From Gammaproteobacteria bacterium (GTDB lineage: Bacteria; Pseudomonadota; Gammaproteobacteria; Steroidobacterales; Steroidobacteraceae): a DNA stretch of 64,000 nt. The stretch is taken from contig JANMWZ010000149.1 of assembly GCA_031441585.1 (NCBI GenBank), forward strand, positions 22,688-86,687. The letters are read 5' to 3'. Positions 62,419 to 64,000 of the stretch are shown one piece after another (positions within the stretch are counted from its first letter, which is position 1; every line of letters starts with the position of its first letter). The notes under the pieces were generated by a model. The model did not search any database. It saw nothing but the letters and a program-made list of their open reading frames with translations, and was not told where the DNA came from. The position numbers were made by a program, and so were the translations under genes.

Positions 62419-63167
62419 TTCCCTGTCTCGACGTGCGCGCCGGCGCAGTGGTGAAGGGCGTCCGTTTTCGTGATCATCAGGTGGTGGGTGACATCATCGC
62501 GCTGGCACGCCGCTATCGTGACGAGGGCGCAGATGAACTGGTGTTCTACGACATCACCGCCAGCCCCGAGCAGCGTGCGGTGGCGCGCGCCTGGGTCGGG
62601 CGGGTGGCGGCAGTACTCGATATTCCCTTTTGTGTCGCGGGCGGCATCCGCAGCGTGGCGGATGCGACCGCGGTACTCAATGCTGGCGCCGAGAAGATTT
62701 CCGTGAATACGCCGGCACTGCAACGCCCGCAGCTCATCGATGAACTCGCGCGGCGCTTTGGCAGCCAGTGCATCGTGGTCGGTGTTGACAGCCAGACCAC
62801 ACCGCAAGGCTGGCGCGTGTGGCAGAACACGGGAACTCCCGAGCGCAGCCAGGACAGCGGGCGCGAGACGCTCGAGTGGGTGCGTGAAGTTCAGGAGCGT
62901 GGCGCCGGCGAGATCGTACTCAACTGCATGGCCTGTGACGGCGTGCGCCACGGCTACGACCTGGCGCAGCTACGGGCGGTGCGCGCGCTATGCCATGTGC
63001 CGTTGATTGCTTCCGGCGGCGCCGGCGCGCCCGCGCATTTCGCCGCGGCCTTCAGGGAAGCGCAGGTTGATGGCGCACTGGCCGCGAGCGTGTTTCACTC
63101 CGGCGAGATCGCGATTCCTGATCTGAAGCGCTATCTGGCAACACAGGGTATCGAGGTACGAGCATGA
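62400..63167 (+). CDS. hisF: Imidazole glycerol phosphate synthase cyclase subunit (start codon unresolved)
   Basis: [30 protein letters not shown] and IASGGAG motifs. The conserved N-terminus lies upstream of the first canonical start (GTG 62433). ATA 62400 sits 10 nt after GAGGGAG. Confidence 0.85.
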   Translation: MLTRRIIPCLDVRAGAVVKGVRFRDHQVVGDIIALARRYRDEGADELVFYDITASPEQRAVARAWVGRVAAVLDIPFCVAGGIRSVADATAVLNAGAEKISVNTPALQRPQLIDELARRFGSQCIVVGVDSQTTPQGWRVWQNTGTPERSQDSGRETLEWVREVQERGAGEIVLNCMACDGVRHGYDLAQLRAVRALCHVPLIASGGAGAPAHFAAAFREAQVDGALAASVFHSGEIAIPDLKRYLATQGIEVRA

Positions 63168-63826
63168 GCTTGCAGTTTGCCGACATTGAAACCCTGGCCT
63201 GGGAGAAACAGCACGGTCTGCTGCCCGCCATTGTCCAGCATGCCACGAGCGGCGCGGTGCTGATGCTGGCCTACATGAACCGCGAGGCGCTGCGCACCAC
63301 CCTCGATCGCCAGCGCGCGGTGTTCTACAGCCGTTCGCGCCAGCAATTGTGGGAAAAGGGCGCGACCTCGGGTAACACCCTGCAAGTGCTCGAGGTACGT
63401 GGCGACTGTGACGGCGACACCCTGCTGGTGAGCGCCCTGCCCTCGGGTCCCGTGTGTCACAACGGCACGCTCACCTGCTTTGGCAACCAGATGGGCAGCG
63501 CGGCCGAGCAACTGGCATTTCTGGCGCAACTGGAACAGATCATTGTCGAGCGGATCGCCGGCAGTCCCGAAGGCAGCTACACCGCTGCACTGTACGCGCG
63601 CGGCATCAAGCGCATGGCGCAGAAAGTTGGCGAGGAAGCCGTGGAAGTGGTGCTTGCTGCCGCTGGCGAGAGCGATGCTCTGCTGATCGGTGAGGCAGCC
63701 GACCTGCTGTTTCACCTGCTGGTGCTACTGCGCGGCCGAGCGCTGCGGCTACAGGATGTCATCGACGAGCTGCGCGAACGTCACGCCAGCCGCGCAGCGC
63801 CGGCGCTTGAGCCGGCGCCACCCTGA
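63164..63826 (+). CDS. hisI: Bifunctional phosphoribosyl-AMP cyclohydrolase / phosphoribosyl-ATP pyrophosphatase
   Basis: GLLPAIVQH...[10 protein letters not shown]...CDGDTLL is the HisI part. KVGEEAVE...[13 protein letters not shown] is the HisE part. Confidence 0.95.
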   Translation: MSLQFADIETLAWEKQHGLLPAIVQHATSGAVLMLAYMNREALRTTLDRQRAVFYSRSRQQLWEKGATSGNTLQVLEVRGDCDGDTLLVSALPSGPVCHNGTLTCFGNQMGSAAEQLAFLAQLEQIIVERIAGSPEGSYTAALYARGIKRMAQKVGEEAVEVVLAAAGESDALLIGEAADLLFHLLVLLRGRALRLQDVIDELRERHASRAAPALEPAPP

Positions 63827-63871
63827 TTCTGTCAACTCAAGGCTTTGGCCGGTGGGCCGTTAACTCAGGTC

Positions 63872-64000
63872 ATGGATCGGGCCCGACAATGGCTGAGCGT
63901 GCTGGTGCTGGCCGGCAGCTGCGCCGTGTTCGCTTCAGACGAACGCCGCAGCCAATTCACTGTCAGCGCTCACGTAGGGGCGGTGGCGGTTATTGAGCAG
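63872..64000 (+). CDS. 5' end of a putative secreted protein, truncated by the window edge
   Basis: MDRARQWLSVLVLAGSCAVFASDE looks like a signal peptide. There is too little sequence for a family call. Confidence 0.3.
   Translation, partial: MDRARQWLSVLVLAGSCAVFASDERRSQFTVSAHVGAVAVIEQ

Overview
High-GC (about 65%) gammaproteobacterial chromosome segment. The fabD-fabG-acpP-fabF-pabB-pabC-mltG-tmk-holB-pilZ block and the tonB-exbB-exbD-exbD block resemble Xanthomonadales/Nevskiales synteny, which is an inference. The window is mostly core metabolism. It holds a complete hisGDCBHAF(IE) operon headed by a TrpR-like YerC/YecD gene, and an ilvC-leuA-ilvE-leuCDB operon behind a Leu-rich leader peptide and an intrinsic terminator. 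It also holds ilvD, metX-metB behind a SAM-I riboswitch, fatty-acid synthesis genes, etfBA and a fadB-like gene. Envelope and secretion content is a partial type II secretion cluster (gspG to gspN only) placed divergently from a rhombosortase gene, plus a TonB/ExbB/ExbD/ExbD/TPR cluster. An AddAB-type helicase-nuclease pair is present. The only clearly accessory DNA is at the left end. There, a 1.46-kb islet (DUF2905 gene, phd/doc toxin-antitoxin pair, integrase remnant) is bracketed by perfect 47-bp direct repeats at the 3' end of a vapC-like gene. It is followed by a minus-strand gene string (hypothetical, DUF5658, degenerate EAL, short asparaginase, MATE, hypothetical). That string ends in a 300-bp AT-rich spacer with orphan genes, including a TIR-like/DUF1863-like protein. 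I saw no rRNA, tRNA, CRISPR array or transposase. I could not identify a convincing new multi-gene system. The most checkable leads are listed here:
- the TrpR-like first gene of the his operon and its operator-like palindrome
- the Leu leader attenuator
- the hisF start-codon problem
- the orphan TIR-like gene
- the rhombosortase/T2SS juxtaposition
- the repeat-bounded islet
- a recurring set of short in-frame tandem repeats in housekeeping genes
All family assignments come from reading motifs by eye and need HMM or BLAST confirmation.
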